From contig DATIEN010000094.1 in NCBI GenBank assembly GCA_035455705.1, positions 188 to 64,187 on the forward strand: 64,000 nt of DNA, given 5' to 3'. Shown here piece after piece: positions 1 through 14,103 of this stretch. Numbering within the stretch: position 1 is the first letter of the stretch; every line of letters begins with the position of its first letter. The stretch is from Casimicrobiaceae bacterium (lineage in GTDB: Bacteria > Pseudomonadota > Gammaproteobacteria > Burkholderiales > Casimicrobiaceae). The notes beneath the pieces are model-generated. The model worked only from the letters and a program-made list of their open reading frames with translations. It was not told the DNA's origin and did no database searches. A program made the position numbers and the translations under genes.

Positions 1-1200
1 GACGCGGAGCGCGCGCTCGCCGCCGCGACGGGCGTCGATGCGCTCGTCGAGGCGAAGGTCGACCTCGGCCCGCTGATGGGCGTGCCGATCGCGCTCAAGG
101 ACTTGTACGCCGTCGACGGGATGCCGCTCACCGCCGGGTCGCGCGTCGACGTGCGCGACCGCGTGCCGCGCGAGGGGTCGATCGTGCGCGCGCTCACGCG
201 CGGCGGCGCGATCGTCCTCGGCAAGACGCGCACGACCGAGTTCGCGTTCGGCACGTTCAATCCGTCGCATCCGACGCCGCGCAATCCGTGCGACGCCGTG
301 ATGCACCGGATGCCGGGCGGATCGTCGTCGGGATCGGCGGTCGCGCAGGCCGCCGGCCTTTGCGCGATCGCTTTCGGAAGCGATACCGGCGGCTCGGTGC
401 GCCAGCCCGCGGCGCTCTGCGGCGTCGCCGGATTCAAGCCCACCGCCGGCCGGTTGCCCACCGACGGCATCTTCCCGCTGTCGCCGACGTTCGACAGCCC
501 CGGCTGGTTCGGCTGGCGCGTGTCGGACCTGGCGCTCGTCTGGGAGGCGCTTTCGCACGAAGCGCCGGCGCGGGCGCGTCCACTCGACACGCTCATTCTG
601 GGTCGGCCGGACGCGCACTTCTTCGACGATCTCGACGCCGACGTCGCACGCGCGGTCGACGCGGCGGAGAACGCGCTTCGCAAGGCCGGCGCACGGATCG
701 TTCCGGTCACGCTGCCGCCACTCACCGATCTCGACGCCGCGTTCGGCGGCTATCTCGCCTCCGAGCTCGTTGCGCACCTCGGCGCCGAGCGCGTTCGCGC
801 GAACCTCGAGCGCATGGACCCGGTGGCGGCGGCACGCATCGCGTCGGGACTCACGCTGGAAGCGCACGAATTCCTCACGCTGCAGCGTCGCTTCGCGACG
901 CTTTCCACGCACGCACAGGCGGCGATCGCGGGCGTCGACGCGGTGCTGACGCCGACGTGTCCGCGCATCCCGCCCGGCGTCGACACGATGCGCGAACCGG
1001 ACAAGGCGGCCGCGTGGAGCCGCGACGCGTTGCGCTTCACGCGTCCCGGAAACCTGTTCGGCTTCTGCGGCATCTCGCTTCCGATCGGCCACCTGGTCGG
1101 CGCACTTCCCGTCGGCATGCAGTTGCTCGGCCGCGGCGGCGCCGATGCGGAGCTTCTCGCGATCGCGGCAACCGTCGAGGCGACCGTCGGTCGTCCGTGA
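1..1200 (+). CDS. Amidase-signature family amidase (5' end outside window)
   Basis: GVPIALKD, PGGSSSGSA and GSDTGGSVR motifs (Ser-cisSer-Lys triad); frame open from base 1. Confidence 0.9.
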   Translation, partial: DAERALAAATGVDALVEAKVDLGPLMGVPIALKDLYAVDGMPLTAGSRVDVRDRVPREGSIVRALTRGGAIVLGKTRTTEFAFGTFNPSHPTPRNPCDAVMHRMPGGSSSGSAVAQAAGLCAIAFGSDTGGSVRQPAALCGVAGFKPTAGRLPTDGIFPLSPTFDSPGWFGWRVSDLALVWEALSHEAPARARPLDTLILGRPDAHFFDDLDADVARAVDAAENALRKAGARIVPVTLPPLTDLDAAFGGYLASELVAHLGAERVRANLERMDPVAAARIASGLTLEAHEFLTLQRRFATLSTHAQAAIAGVDAVLTPTCPRIPPGVDTMREPDKAAAWSRDALRFTRPGNLFGFCGISLPIGHLVGALPVGMQLLGRGGADAELLAIAATVEATVGRP

Positions 1201-1781
1201 GCTTGCGCGAGCGGAAGCGGTCGCTGCGCGACGCGATATTGCAGGCGCGCGATGCGCTCGACGCCGCGTGGCGAGAAGAAGCCTCGACCGCGATCGCGGC
1301 GAGGATCGGCGAGGACGCGCTCTTCGTCCGCGCGCAGACCGTGCTGCTGACGCTGCCGTTTCGCAGCGAATGGAACGCGTTGCGGGTCGTCGAGCGGGCG
1401 CTCGCGTCCGGCAAGATCGTCGCGGCTCCACGCGTCGACGCCGCCACCCGCATGCTGCGCGCGTATCGGATCGAGGATCCGGCGCGCGACGTCGAGACGG
1501 GCTACCGCGGCATCCCCGAGCCGCGCGCGACGGGCGCGGAGATCGCGCTCGCGAGCGTCGACTGGGTGCTGGTGCCGGGCGTCGCGTTCGATGCCCGCGG
1601 GCATCGGCTCGGCTATGGCGGCGGTTTCTACGACCGGCTGCTGCCCATCGTGCCGCAGACCGCCGCGCGCGTCGCGGGAGCCTTCGAGATGCAGGTCGTC
1701 GAGCGCGTGCCGACGGCGCCCCACGACGTCGCCGTCGACATGATCGTCACCGAGCGGCGAACGCTGAATTGCAGCGCATGA
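1197..1781 (+). CDS. ygfA: 5-formyltetrahydrofolate cyclo-ligase
   Basis: VLVPGVAFD..GHRLGYGGGFYDR and PHDVAVD motifs; GTG start overlaps amidase stop (GTGA). Confidence 0.92.
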   Translation: MSLRERKRSLRDAILQARDALDAAWREEASTAIAARIGEDALFVRAQTVLLTLPFRSEWNALRVVERALASGKIVAAPRVDAATRMLRAYRIEDPARDVETGYRGIPEPRATGAEIALASVDWVLVPGVAFDARGHRLGYGGGFYDRLLPIVPQTAARVAGAFEMQVVERVPTAPHDVAVDMIVTERRTLNCSA

Positions 1782-1812
1782 GGGCGAGAGCCCCAAGCGC
1801 GAGGCGAGCACC

Positions 1813-3009
1813 TTGACGTCGGCGCGCACCGCGGCGATCGCGCTCGCGGCAACGCTGGCCATCCAGATCTACACCGCGTTCGCGGCGGCTGCGGCCGCGG
1901 TGCTCGCGCCGGAGATCGCGCTCGCCTTCGACGTCGAGGCGCGCTGGATCGGCGCATTCATCGGCCTGGTCTACGCGGGCGGCATGATCGCGAGCCTCGC
2001 ATCCGGCGGCTTCATCGAGCGCCTCGGCTCGATCCGCGTCTCGCAAGCGTGCGTCGTGCTGTGCGCGCTCGGCGTCGCCGGCATCGCATTCGCGCCGGCG
2101 CACGCGATCGCGCTGGTCGCGGCGTTCGGCATCGTCATCGGCCTGGGCTACGGGCCGATCACGCCCGCGTCGTCACAGCTTCTGCAGCGCACCGCGCCGC
2201 CCGCGCGAATGGCGCTCACGTTCTCGATCAAGCAGACGGGCGTGCCCGCGGGTGCGGCGCTGGCGGGCGCGCTGCTGCCGGCACTCGCGCTCGCGACCGG
2301 ATGGCGCGGCGCGTTCGCGATCGCGGCACTCGCCGGACTCGCGATCGTCGCGGTCGCGCAGCCGATCCGGGCCGGCCTCGACGCCGACCGCAATCCGAAG
2401 GGCCGCGTCAGCGTCGCCGGCGTCTTCGCGCCGCTTCGCCTGCTGCGCCATTCGCGGGCGCTCCGCGATCTCGCGTTCGTCGCGTTCGCCTACTCGGCGA
2501 CGCAAGTGTGCCTGACGAGCTTCCTCGTCGTCTACCTGACCGAGACGCTCGGCTACTCGCTGGTCGCGGCCGGCCTCGCGCTCACGATCGCGACGATCGG
2601 GGGCGTCGCGGGGCGCGTTGCGTGGGGCTACGTCGCCGACCGCTGGCTCGCGCCGCGGCGCGTGCTGGCAACGATCGGATTCTGCGCCGGCGCGTGCGGC
2701 GTGCTGATGGCGAGCGCGACGACGGCGTGGTCGCCGCTCGCGATCGGCGTGCTCGCCGCACTGTTCGGCGCGACGGCTATCGGCTGGAACGGCGTCCAGC
2801 TTTCCGAGGTCGCACGTCTTGCGCCGCCGGGAAGCGCGGGCAAGGTGACGGGCGCGACCGGGTTCGTGACGTTCGCGGGCGTCGTCGTGGGGCCGCCGTC
2901 GTTCGCGCTGCTGTCGAGCGCGACCGGCAGCTACCGGATCGGCTTCGCCGCGTTCGCCGCCGCCAGCGTCTGCGCGGCCGTTGCCCTGCTGGCGAGGCGC
3001 ATACAATGA
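1813..3009 (+). CDS. MFS transporter
   Basis: About 12 hydrophobic segments; GFIERLG and GYVADRW loop motifs; SIKQTGVP. Confidence 0.85.
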   Translation: MTSARTAAIALAATLAIQIYTAFAAAAAAVLAPEIALAFDVEARWIGAFIGLVYAGGMIASLASGGFIERLGSIRVSQACVVLCALGVAGIAFAPAHAIALVAAFGIVIGLGYGPITPASSQLLQRTAPPARMALTFSIKQTGVPAGAALAGALLPALALATGWRGAFAIAALAGLAIVAVAQPIRAGLDADRNPKGRVSVAGVFAPLRLLRHSRALRDLAFVAFAYSATQVCLTSFLVVYLTETLGYSLVAAGLALTIATIGGVAGRVAWGYVADRWLAPRRVLATIGFCAGACGVLMASATTAWSPLAIGVLAALFGATAIGWNGVQLSEVARLAPPGSAGKVTGATGFVTFAGVVVGPPSFALLSSATGSYRIGFAAFAAASVCAAVALLARRIQ

Positions 3010-3037
3010 CCGTCGGAACGAGCAAACGGAGTCGACC

Positions 3038-5695
<2,658 letters not shown>

Positions 5696-5797
5696 CGCAA
5701 CGGAAGCGTTGCCGACGCAACAACGATTCCAAGGGGTGCGCGACGAACGCCGCCCATGGCGTGCGTCGTCCCCAAGCGCGTAGCGGAGGGTAGCCGA

Positions 5798-7573
5798 GTG
5801 AGCACGATCGACGTCAAGGTGCCCGACATCGGGGACTTCAAGGATGTGCCGGTCATCGAGGTATTCGTAAAGCCGGGCGACCAGGTCGGCGTCGACGACT
5901 CGCTCGTCACGCTCGAATCCGACAAGGCGACGATGGACGTGCCCTCACCGGCCGCCGGCAAGGTCGCGCAGGTCGCGGTGAAGGTCGGCGACAAGGTGAG
6001 CGAAGGCTCGCTCGTGCTGACGCTCGACTCGGCGCACAAGGCCGCCCCCCAAGGCGCGAAGTCGGGCGACGGCGCGGGCGGCAGCGCATCGCATGCGGCC
6101 TCGCGCCCGGCGACGGCCACGCCCGCCCCTGCGCCGGAGCTCGTAACGCCGGCACCCCGCGGCGAGAAGGGACGCGCCGACATGCCGGGCGAAGGCGCGA
6201 GTGCGACGCCTCCCGCCGGCGCGACCGTCGAGGTGCGCGTCCCCGACATCGGCGACTTCAAGGACGTGCCGATCATCGAGATACTCGTCAAGCCGGGCGA
6301 CATCGTGAAGCCCGACGATCCGCTCGTCACGCTCGAGTCGGACAAGGCGACGATGGACGTGCCGGCGTCCGTGGGCGGCGTCGTCGAGGGCGTGCGCGTC
6401 GGCGTCGGCGACAAGGTGAGCCAGGGCACGGCGCTGCTGACGCTGAAGACCGCGCAAACGGGCGTGGAGCCGGCAAGCCGCGCCACGCCGCCGTCATTTC
6501 CCGCCAACGCGGATCGCGCGAATCCGCCGATCGAGCCACCGCCCGCATCCCCGCACGCCGCGGGTCCCGAACCGTCGCAAGGCACGTCGCGACCGGTGCA
6601 GCGGCCCGACGTTCAACAGCAGGCCGGCGCCGCCCCGGGCGACGAGGCGGCTGCGCGTGGCGCGCATGCGTCGCCGTCGGTGCGAAAATTCGCGCGCGAA
6701 CTCGGCGTCGACATCGGGCGCGTCCGCGGGACGGGGCCGAAGGGCCGGATCCTGCACGACGACGTGCAGAGCTACGTCAAGTCGGCGCTCGCCGGCGCAC
6801 CGGCTGCGGCAAGCGCGCCCGCCGCCTTGGGCGGCTTGTCGCTGCAGCCGTGGCCGCAGGTCGACTTCACGAAGTTCGGCGCCGTCGAATCGAAACCGCT
6901 GTCGAGAATCAGGAAGATCTCCGGCGCGAACCTCGCCCGGAACTGGGTGATGATCCCGCACGTCACGCAGTTCGACGACGCGGACGTGACCGAGCTCGAG
7001 GCGCTGCGCGTCGCGCTCAACAAGGAGAACGAGAAGAGCGGCGTCAAGGTGACGATGCTCGCGTTCCTGATCAAGGCGTCGGTCGCGGCGCTCGCGAAGT
7101 TTCCCGACTTCAATGCATCGCTCGACGCGAGCGGCGAGAACCTCTTCTACAAGCGGTACTTCAACATCGGCTTCGCGGCGGACACGCCGAACGGCCTCGT
7201 CGTGCCGGTCATCAAGGGGGCCGAGCAAAAAGGCGTGCTCGCGATCGCGAAAGAGATGGGCGAGCTCTCGGCCAAGGCACGCGAAGGCAAGCTCGGTCCG
7301 GCCGACATGCAGGGCGGCTCTTTCTCGATCAGCTCGCTCGGCGGCATCGGCGGCACCGCGTTCACGCCGATCATCAACGCGCCCGAGGTGGCGATACTCG
7401 GCGTATCGCGCAGCGTCATGAAGCCGGTGTGGAACGGGAAGGAGTTCGCGCCGCGGCTCATGCTGCCGCTGTCGCTTTCGTACGACCACCGCGTCATCGA
7501 CGGCGCGCAGGCGGCGCGATTCATCACGTATTTCGCCTCGGTGCTCGCCGACCTGCGGCGAGCGCTGCTGTGA
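5798..7573 (+). CDS. aceF: Pyruvate dehydrogenase E2, two lipoyl domains
   Basis: Two [11 protein letters not shown] lipoyl motifs, HASPSVRK peripheral subunit-binding domain, YDHRVIDG catalytic motif. Confidence 0.97.
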   Translation: MSTIDVKVPDIGDFKDVPVIEVFVKPGDQVGVDDSLVTLESDKATMDVPSPAAGKVAQVAVKVGDKVSEGSLVLTLDSAHKAAPQGAKSGDGAGGSASHAASRPATATPAPAPELVTPAPRGEKGRADMPGEGASATPPAGATVEVRVPDIGDFKDVPIIEILVKPGDIVKPDDPLVTLESDKATMDVPASVGGVVEGVRVGVGDKVSQGTALLTLKTAQTGVEPASRATPPSFPANADRANPPIEPPPASPHAAGPEPSQGTSRPVQRPDVQQQAGAAPGDEAAARGAHASPSVRKFARELGVDIGRVRGTGPKGRILHDDVQSYVKSALAGAPAAASAPAALGGLSLQPWPQVDFTKFGAVESKPLSRIRKISGANLARNWVMIPHVTQFDDADVTELEALRVALNKENEKSGVKVTMLAFLIKASVAALAKFPDFNASLDASGENLFYKRYFNIGFAADTPNGLVVPVIKGAEQKGVLAIAKEMGELSAKAREGKLGPADMQGGSFSISSLGGIGGTAFTPIINAPEVAILGVSRSVMKPVWNGKEFAPRLMLPLSLSYDHRVIDGAQAARFITYFASVLADLRRALL

Positions 7574-8247
7574 GCGACGCGGCCGCGCAGGACGCGCAGA
7601 AGCAGCTCGTCGCCCGCGAGGCGCTGCGCTACGTAGTCGAGGACGCGTGGCTCGGCGTCGGCTCGGGATCGACGGTCCATTTCTTCATCGACGCGCTGGC
7701 GAAGAGCCGGCTGCGGGTCAAGGGCGCGATCGCGAGCTCGGTCAGAACCGCCGAGCGATTGAAATCGCACGGCATCGACGTCGAGGAACTGAACAACGTC
7801 GCCGACGTTCCGGTCTACGTGGACGGCGCCGACGAGGTGACGCCGACGGGCGCGATGATCAAGGGCGGTGGCGGCGCGCTCACCCGCGAGAAGATCGTCG
7901 CGGCCGTCGCCCGCACGTTCGTCTGCATCGCCGATGCGTCGAAGAAGGTCGGCCTCCTCGGCCGCTTTCCTCTGCCCGTCGAAGTGATTCCGATGGCGCG
8001 AAGCTACGTCGCCCGCGAGATGGTGCGCCTGGGCGGTCATCCCGAGTGGCGGATGGGCTTCACCACCGACAACGGCAACGCGATCCTCGACGTCGCCGAT
8101 CTGCGGATCGACGACCCGGTCGCCCTCGAGGATCGCATCAACGGCATCGCCGGAGTGGTCACGGTGGGCCTCTTCGCGCGGCGCGGGGCCGATGTGATCC
8201 TGCTCGGCACGCCCGGCGGCGTCGAGACGCTCGTACCCGGCCGCTGA
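7570..8247 (+). CDS. rpiA: Ribose-5-phosphate isomerase A
   Basis: [24 protein letters not shown]; GTG overlaps aceF stop. Confidence 0.97.
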   Translation: MSDAAAQDAQKQLVAREALRYVVEDAWLGVGSGSTVHFFIDALAKSRLRVKGAIASSVRTAERLKSHGIDVEELNNVADVPVYVDGADEVTPTGAMIKGGGGALTREKIVAAVARTFVCIADASKKVGLLGRFPLPVEVIPMARSYVAREMVRLGGHPEWRMGFTTDNGNAILDVADLRIDDPVALEDRINGIAGVVTVGLFARRGADVILLGTPGGVETLVPGR

Positions 8248-8302
8248 TTCCGCTTCCTGCTCGCGAGCGAGGCTCGCGGGCCCGCGCGGGTAGAATGAGC
8301 CG

Positions 8303-9595
8303 ATGAACGACATCGCGGACAAGCGCATCGCGCAGATCGCCGACGTCGCTGCGTACATGCGCGGCGTCGGCGAGCGCGCGCGCGCAGCGTCGCGCATCGT
8401 CGCTCGCGCCGATACGAACGCGAAGAACCGTGCGCTCGCTCGCGCGGCGCTGGCGATCCGCCGCGACGCGCAACGGCTGATCGACGCGAACGCACGCGAC
8501 GTCGAAAGCGCGCGCGCGGCGGGCCACGGCGCCGCCTTCGTCGATCGGCTGACGCTGACGCCGAAGGCGATCGAGGCGATGGCGAAAGGCCTCGACGAGA
8601 TCGCGGCGCTGCCCGACCCGGTCGGCGAGATCTCCGGTCTCCGCTACCGGCCATCGGGCATCCAGGTCGGCATGATGCGCGTGCCGCTCGGCGTGATCGG
8701 CATCGTCTACGAGTCGCGTCCGAACGTCACCGCCGATGCCGCGGGCCTTTGCCTCAAGTCCGGCAATGCGACGATCCTGCGCGGTGGTTCCGAGGCGATC
8801 GAGAGCAACCGCGCGATCGCGGCGCTCGTCAACGAGGGCCTGCGTGAAGCGGCACTCCCCGAGGAAGCGGTTCAGCTCGTCGACACCACCGACCGCGCGG
8901 CCGTCGGCCACCTGGTCGCCGATGAGGCGCACGTCGACGTAATCGTGCCGCGCGGCGGCAAGTCGCTGATCGAGCGCGTCGCGCGCGAGGCGCGCGTGCC
9001 GGTGCTGAAGCATCTCGACGGCGTCTGCCACGTCTACGTCGACGTGGCTGCGAACCTCGAGCAGGCGGCGCGCATCGCCGACAACGCGAAGACGCAACGC
9101 TATTCGCCGTGCAACACGATGGAGACGCTGCTCGTGCACGCCGCCGTCGCCGATCGCTTCCTCCCCGCGATCGCGGCGATCTACCGGCAGAAAGGTGTCG
9201 AGATGCGCGGCGACGCGCGTGCGCGCGCGGTGGTCCCGGACATGACGCCCGCGTCCGAGGACGACTGGTATGCCGAGTACCTCGCGCCGATCATCGCGAT
9301 CGGCGTCGTCGATTCGCTCGACGCCGCGATCGACCACATCGCGCGTTACGGCTCGCAGCACACGGACGCGATCGTCACCGAGGACTATACGAGCGCGATG
9401 CGGTTCCTGAGCGAGGTCGACTCGAGCTCCGTCATGGTCAATGCGTCGACGCGCTTCGCCGACGGCTACGAATACGGCCTCGGAGCGGAAATCGGCATCT
9501 CGACGAACAAGCTGCACGCGCGCGGCCCCGTGGGACTCGAGGGGCTCACGAGCCGCAAGTGGATCGTGCTGGGAACGGGCCAGATCCGCAGCTGA
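8303..9595 (+). CDS. proA: Gamma-glutamyl phosphate reductase
   Basis: [37 protein letters not shown]. Confidence 0.97.
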   Translation: MNDIADKRIAQIADVAAYMRGVGERARAASRIVARADTNAKNRALARAALAIRRDAQRLIDANARDVESARAAGHGAAFVDRLTLTPKAIEAMAKGLDEIAALPDPVGEISGLRYRPSGIQVGMMRVPLGVIGIVYESRPNVTADAAGLCLKSGNATILRGGSEAIESNRAIAALVNEGLREAALPEEAVQLVDTTDRAAVGHLVADEAHVDVIVPRGGKSLIERVAREARVPVLKHLDGVCHVYVDVAANLEQAARIADNAKTQRYSPCNTMETLLVHAAVADRFLPAIAAIYRQKGVEMRGDARARAVVPDMTPASEDDWYAEYLAPIIAIGVVDSLDAAIDHIARYGSQHTDAIVTEDYTSAMRFLSEVDSSSVMVNASTRFADGYEYGLGAEIGISTNKLHARGPVGLEGLTSRKWIVLGTGQIRS

Positions 9596-9599
9596 ACGC

Positions 9600-10556
9600 G
9601 TGGCGGTCGCAAGCCTCCTCGCGCTCATCGACGACATCGCGAGCGTGCTCGACGATGTCGCGACGCTCACCAAGGTCGCCACCGCCAAGACCGCCGGCGT
9701 GCTCGGCGACGACCTCGCGCTGAACGCCGAGCAGGTGGCCGGCGTGCGCGCCGACCGCGAGCTGCCCGTCGTCTGGGCGGTCGCCCGCGGTTCGCTCGTC
9801 AACAAGGCCATCCTCGTGCCTGCCGCGCTCGCGATCAGCGCGTTCGTGCCGCGGGCGGTGATGCCGCTCTTGATGCTCGGCGGCCTTTTCCTCTGCTACG
9901 AGGGTTTCGAGAAGATCGTGCACCGTTTCGTCGCGCGGCGCGGCGCGGACCCCGCGCGGCACGCGCGGCTCATCCGCCCGGTCGACGACCCCGCGCCGGA
10001 CGGCGTGGCGTTGGAGCGGCAGAAGGTGCGCGGGGCCGTGCGCACCGATTTCATCCTGTCGGCGGAGATCATCACCATTGCGCTCGGCACGGTCGCGGCG
10101 GCGCCGTTCGGGACGCAGGTCGTCGTGCTGATCGCAATCGCGCTCGGGATGACGGTCGGCGTGTACGGCCTCGTCGCCGGCATCGTCAAGCTCGACGACG
10201 CCGGCTTGCATCTCGCGCGCCGACCCGGCGACGCGGTGCCCGCGCGGCTGAGTCGCGCGCTCGGCGAGCGGATCGTGCGCACCGCGCCCTGGCTGATGAA
10301 GGGGCTGTCGACAGCGGGGACGGTCGCGATGTTCCTGGTGGGCGGCGGCATTCTCGCGCACGGGATCCCGGTGCTGCGCGGCGCGGTCGAGAACTGGAGC
10401 GATTACGCTGCTGCGATTCCCGCGGTCGGCGCCGTCTTCGGCGCGCTCGCGTCGATGCTCGGAAACGCCGTCGCAGGCATCCTCGCCGGGGCCGTTGTCT
10501 ACGCCGGGACGTCGCTCGCGAAGCGCCTGCGCACACCCGTCGTCAAGAATCTCTGA
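9600..10556 (+). CDS. DUF808 (YedI-like) inner membrane protein
   Basis: SLLALIDDIA..LDDVA, KTAGVLGDDLALNA, RTDFILSAEI. Confidence 0.9.
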   Translation: MAVASLLALIDDIASVLDDVATLTKVATAKTAGVLGDDLALNAEQVAGVRADRELPVVWAVARGSLVNKAILVPAALAISAFVPRAVMPLLMLGGLFLCYEGFEKIVHRFVARRGADPARHARLIRPVDDPAPDGVALERQKVRGAVRTDFILSAEIITIALGTVAAAPFGTQVVVLIAIALGMTVGVYGLVAGIVKLDDAGLHLARRPGDAVPARLSRALGERIVRTAPWLMKGLSTAGTVAMFLVGGGILAHGIPVLRGAVENWSDYAAAIPAVGAVFGALASMLGNAVAGILAGAVVYAGTSLAKRLRTPVVKNL

Positions 10557-10582
10557 CGCGGGCCCGCGCGCCGGTTCGACCG

Positions 10583-11776
10583 TCAGGCCGCCGCAGCGGC
10601 CGACCTGCGCCGCAGCCGCATCAGCCAGAGCACGCCGGCTGCGATGAGCGCGAGCACCGCGAGCGACGCGCGGTTCATCGTCTCCCAGCCGCTCGTGGTC
10701 ACGAGCGCGCCCGACGCGAGCGACGACACGCCCATCGTCGCGAACACGATGAAGTCGTTCACGCCTTGCGTGCGCGCACGCTCCGCCGGGGCGTAGGTTT
10801 CGGTCAGAAGCGCAGTACCGCCCGTGTACATGAAGTTCCAGCCGAGACCGACGGCGACCAGCGCCGCGACGAAATGGCCGACGGAGATGCCGTCGAGCGC
10901 GATCCACGCGCCCATCGCGGTTGCCACGACGCCCGCGAGAATGATCGCGAGCGTCCCGAAGCGGCGGATCAGCGAGCCCGTGAAGAAGCCGGGCGCGTAC
11001 ATCGCGACGACGTGCCATTCGATGACGAGCGCCGTCGCCGCGAACGGATGGCCGCAGAAGTTCATCGCGATCGGCGTCGCGGTCATCAGCAGGTTCATGA
11101 GCCCGTAGCTCAGCGCCGCAGCGAGCACGGCGACGACGAACGTCGGCTGGCGGACGATCTCGGCGAGCCGGCGGCCCTTCGCGCTCCGCTCCTCGTGCGA
11201 CGGCAGCGGCACGTGAACGCGCGACTGCAGCGCGAGCGCCACGAGCGCGACGAGCGCAAGCGCCGCGAACGAGCCTGCGAACGGCGTCGCGAAAAGGTCG
11301 CGTGCGGCCCGAACCGCCTGCGGGCCGACGAAGCCGCCGACGACGCCGCCGGCGAGCACGAGCGAGATCGCCTTCGCGCGATCGGCGGGCGCCGATACCT
11401 CGGCCGCGGCGAAACGGTACTGCAGGCCCACGGCGTTGTAGATGCCGATGATGCCGGTGGCGACGCAGAACAGCGCAAAGCTTTGCCCTATCAGCGAAAG
11501 CGCGCCGATCACGCAACCGACGACGTTGACCGCCGCACCCGCCATGAATCCGGCGCGGCGCCCGACCCGGGCCATCCACAGCGACATCGGCATCGTCGCG
11601 AGCGCCGAGCCCAGCACGTAGGTCGTGACGCCGAACGTCGCCAGCGCCTTCGTCTGCGCGAGCGAGTACCCGACCAGGCCGTTCATCGCCGTGAGGCCGG
11701 AGCCGTTGGTCAGCAGCAATGCCTGGCAACAGGCGAGGAGGAAGATGTCGCGGCGTGAATTGCGCAAGGGAGGCAC
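10583..11776 (-). CDS. MFS transporter
   Basis: QYRFAAAE, WHVVAMYAPGFFTGSLIRRFG; about 12 TM segments; start uncertain. Confidence 0.87.
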   Translation of the reverse strand: MPPLRNSRRDIFLLACCQALLLTNGSGLTAMNGLVGYSLAQTKALATFGVTTYVLGSALATMPMSLWMARVGRRAGFMAGAAVNVVGCVIGALSLIGQSFALFCVATGIIGIYNAVGLQYRFAAAEVSAPADRAKAISLVLAGGVVGGFVGPQAVRAARDLFATPFAGSFAALALVALVALALQSRVHVPLPSHEERSAKGRRLAEIVRQPTFVVAVLAAALSYGLMNLLMTATPIAMNFCGHPFAATALVIEWHVVAMYAPGFFTGSLIRRFGTLAIILAGVVATAMGAWIALDGISVGHFVAALVAVGLGWNFMYTGGTALLTETYAPAERARTQGVNDFIVFATMGVSSLASGALVTTSGWETMNRASLAVLALIAAGVLWLMRLRRRSAAAAA

Positions 11777-11827
11777 GAAGGCCGTCCCGCGGCCGCGCCC
11801 GGAAAGCCCGTATGATAAGCGGCGCAC

Positions 11828-12436
11828 ATGCCCGACGCGCTCGCGCAATCGATCGTCGATTTCTGGTTCGTCCCGTTACCCGGCGAAACGGTCGCGAGCG
11901 AGACGACGAAACCGCGCGCTCGCGTCACGCGCGACGTCTGGTTTCGCAAGGACGATGCATTCGACGCGCTGATTCGCGAGCGCTTCGGCGTCGCGCTTGC
12001 CGCCGGCATCGCAGGCGCCTTCGGCCACTGGTGCAACGAGCCGGAAGGCTGCCTCGCGCGCGTCGTGCTGCTCGACCAGTTCACGCGCAACGCCTTCCGC
12101 GGCACGCCGCGCGCGTTCGCCGGCGATCCGGGAGCGCTTGCGAGCGCCGAGGTGGCGCTGGCGCGCGAATACGAGCGCGCGCTCGCGCCGCAGGAGCGCT
12201 GGTTCCTCTACCTGCCTTTCGAGCACAGCGAGTCGATCGCGGACCAGGAGCGGTGCGTCGCGCTGTTCGAGGCGCTCGCCGCCGAGACGGGCCTCGACTC
12301 GCCGCTCCCGTGGGCGATCCGGCATCGCGACGTGATCCTCCGCTTCGGCCGCTTCCCGCACCGCAACGAGATCCTCGGCCGCGCGTCGACCCCCGATGAG
12401 ATCGCGTTCCTCGCCGAACCCGGGTCGCGCTTCTGA
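11828..12436 (+). CDS. DUF924 family protein
   Basis: LLDQFTRN, FLYLPFEHSE, RFGRFPHRN..LGR. Confidence 0.92.
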   Translation: MPDALAQSIVDFWFVPLPGETVASETTKPRARVTRDVWFRKDDAFDALIRERFGVALAAGIAGAFGHWCNEPEGCLARVVLLDQFTRNAFRGTPRAFAGDPGALASAEVALAREYERALAPQERWFLYLPFEHSESIADQERCVALFEALAAETGLDSPLPWAIRHRDVILRFGRFPHRNEILGRASTPDEIAFLAEPGSRF

Positions 12437-13143
12437 TGGCGCAAGGGCGCGACGCGGAAGCCGGCGGAACCGACGAGCCGGTCGCCCTGCTGGGCGGCAT
12501 GTTCGACCCGGTGCACTATGGCCATCTGCATCTCGCCGACGACGTCCGCAACGCGCTTGGAGTAAGCGAAGTGCGGCTCGTGCCGGCCGCCGACCCGCCG
12601 CACCGGGCCGCGCCGCACGCGAGCGCGCGCGATCGCGTCGCGATGCTCGATCTTGCCGTGCAGGGCTTTCCGGGCCTCGTCGTCGACACGCGCGAGATCC
12701 AACGCGGCGGCAAGAGCTTCACGGTGGATACCCTCGCTGGCCTGCGCGCCGAGAGGCCCGACGCTCCGCTTTGGCTTCTGCTCGGCGCCGACCAGTTTCG
12801 AAGCCTGCCCGGCTGGCATCGTTGGCGCGCGATCCTCGACCTCGCGCACGTGATCGTCGTGCCGCGGCCCGGCGTGCCTTTGGAAGCTGATCTCTCCCCG
12901 GCCCTCGCCGCGGAGTTCGCGGCCCGGCGCGTCGGCGATCCGCGGGCCTTGCGCTCGACGATCGGAGGCTCCATTTACGTTCAGCCGGTCGCGCCGCACC
13001 CGATTTCGTCGACGGCGATTCGTTCGGCGCTCGACGCGGGCGGGTCGGACCCGGTCGGAATGGCCGGTTTGCTGCCGCCTGCCGTTTTAGCCTATATTGA
13101 ATCGAACGGACTCTATCCACCCACACCCACGCATGCATCTTGA
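12436..13143 (+). CDS. nadD: Nicotinate-nucleotide adenylyltransferase
   Basis: GGMFDPVHYGH (HxGH), LLGADQ, ISSTAIR; synteny with rsfS-rlmH. Confidence 0.95.
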   Translation: MAQGRDAEAGGTDEPVALLGGMFDPVHYGHLHLADDVRNALGVSEVRLVPAADPPHRAAPHASARDRVAMLDLAVQGFPGLVVDTREIQRGGKSFTVDTLAGLRAERPDAPLWLLLGADQFRSLPGWHRWRAILDLAHVIVVPRPGVPLEADLSPALAAEFAARRVGDPRALRSTIGGSIYVQPVAPHPISSTAIRSALDAGGSDPVGMAGLLPPAVLAYIESNGLYPPTPTHAS

Positions 13144-13489
13144 CAAGCTGCAGCAGGTCGCCGTCGCGGCCCTCGAGGACATCAAGGCCCGCGACATCGA
13201 AGTCCTCGATGTCCGCCCCCAAACCAGCCTGTACGACACGATGGTCATCGCCTCGGCCGAGTCGAATCGGCAGGTGAAGGCCCTCGCGAACCACGTCCGC
13301 GACAAGCTCAAGGAAGCCGGCGCGCCGATCCTCGGCGTCGAAGGCGAGGACGTCGGCGAGTGGGTCCTCGTCGACGCCGGCGACATCGTCGTGCACGTGA
13401 TGCAGCCGGCGGTGCGTTCGTACTACAACCTCGAAGAGCTGTGGGCGCCGCAGGCGCCCGCCCGCCGCGTGCGCACGGCTGCCGCCTAG
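13133..13489 (+). CDS. rsfS: Ribosome silencing factor
   Basis: LEDIKARDI, WVLVDAGDIVVHVM, YYNLEELW. Confidence 0.96.
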   Translation: MHLDKLQQVAVAALEDIKARDIEVLDVRPQTSLYDTMVIASAESNRQVKALANHVRDKLKEAGAPILGVEGEDVGEWVLVDAGDIVVHVMQPAVRSYYNLEELWAPQAPARRVRTAAA

Positions 13490-13585
13490 AAGGCCGGCGT
13501 AGCATCGCGCCGGCGGCATCGAGCCGAAAGTCCCACACGCGCTTCGACTTCGTCCGCAGTCGCCTCCGACCGAGCACGGCCTTCG

Positions 13586-14053
13586 ATGAAGCTGCGCATC
13601 GTCGCGCTGGGCCATCGGATGCCCGCGTGGGTCGCCGCCGGCTACGACGACTACGCGCGTCGCCTTCCGCGCGATTTCGCGCTCGACCTGGTCGAGCTCA
13701 AACCGGCGCCGCGCGAGCAGGGACTAAGCGTCGCGCAGGTTCTCGCGGCCGAAGCCTTGCGCATCCGGACCGCCTGCGCCCGCTACCGCGCCATCGCGCT
13801 CGACGAGCGGGGCGCGCAGTGGACCACGCGCGAATTCGCCGACCGCCTGCGCCAGTGGCGCGATGACGCCGCCAACGTCGCATTCGTCATCGGCAGCGCC
13901 GACGGCCTCGCCGCGGACGTGAAGTCGCACGCGATGGCGGTGCTCGCCGTCTCCGCGATGACGCTGCCGCATGGCCTCGTCCGCGTACTTCTGGCGGAGC
14001 AGGTCTACCGTGCCACGAGCCTTCTGGCCGGACACCCGTATCATCGCGAGTGA
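13586..14053 (+). CDS. rlmH: 23S rRNA m3-pseudouridine1915 methyltransferase
   Basis: FVIGSADGL, TLPHGLVRVLLAEQVYRA, HPYHRE. Confidence 0.96.
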   Translation: MKLRIVALGHRMPAWVAAGYDDYARRLPRDFALDLVELKPAPREQGLSVAQVLAAEALRIRTACARYRAIALDERGAQWTTREFADRLRQWRDDAANVAFVIGSADGLAADVKSHAMAVLAVSAMTLPHGLVRVLLAEQVYRATSLLAGHPYHRE

Positions 14054-14103
14054 CGATCGGGGTTCGAGAGGCCTCCAGGCCCCGAGGCGCGGAGAGTATT
14101 CGA

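Noticed and set aside
1140-1200. 6S RNA expected upstream of ygfA
   Set aside because: ygfA overlaps the amidase stop codon, leaving no intergenic space.
5798-6450. Internal DNA duplication in aceF
   Set aside because: Ordinary tandem lipoyl domains.
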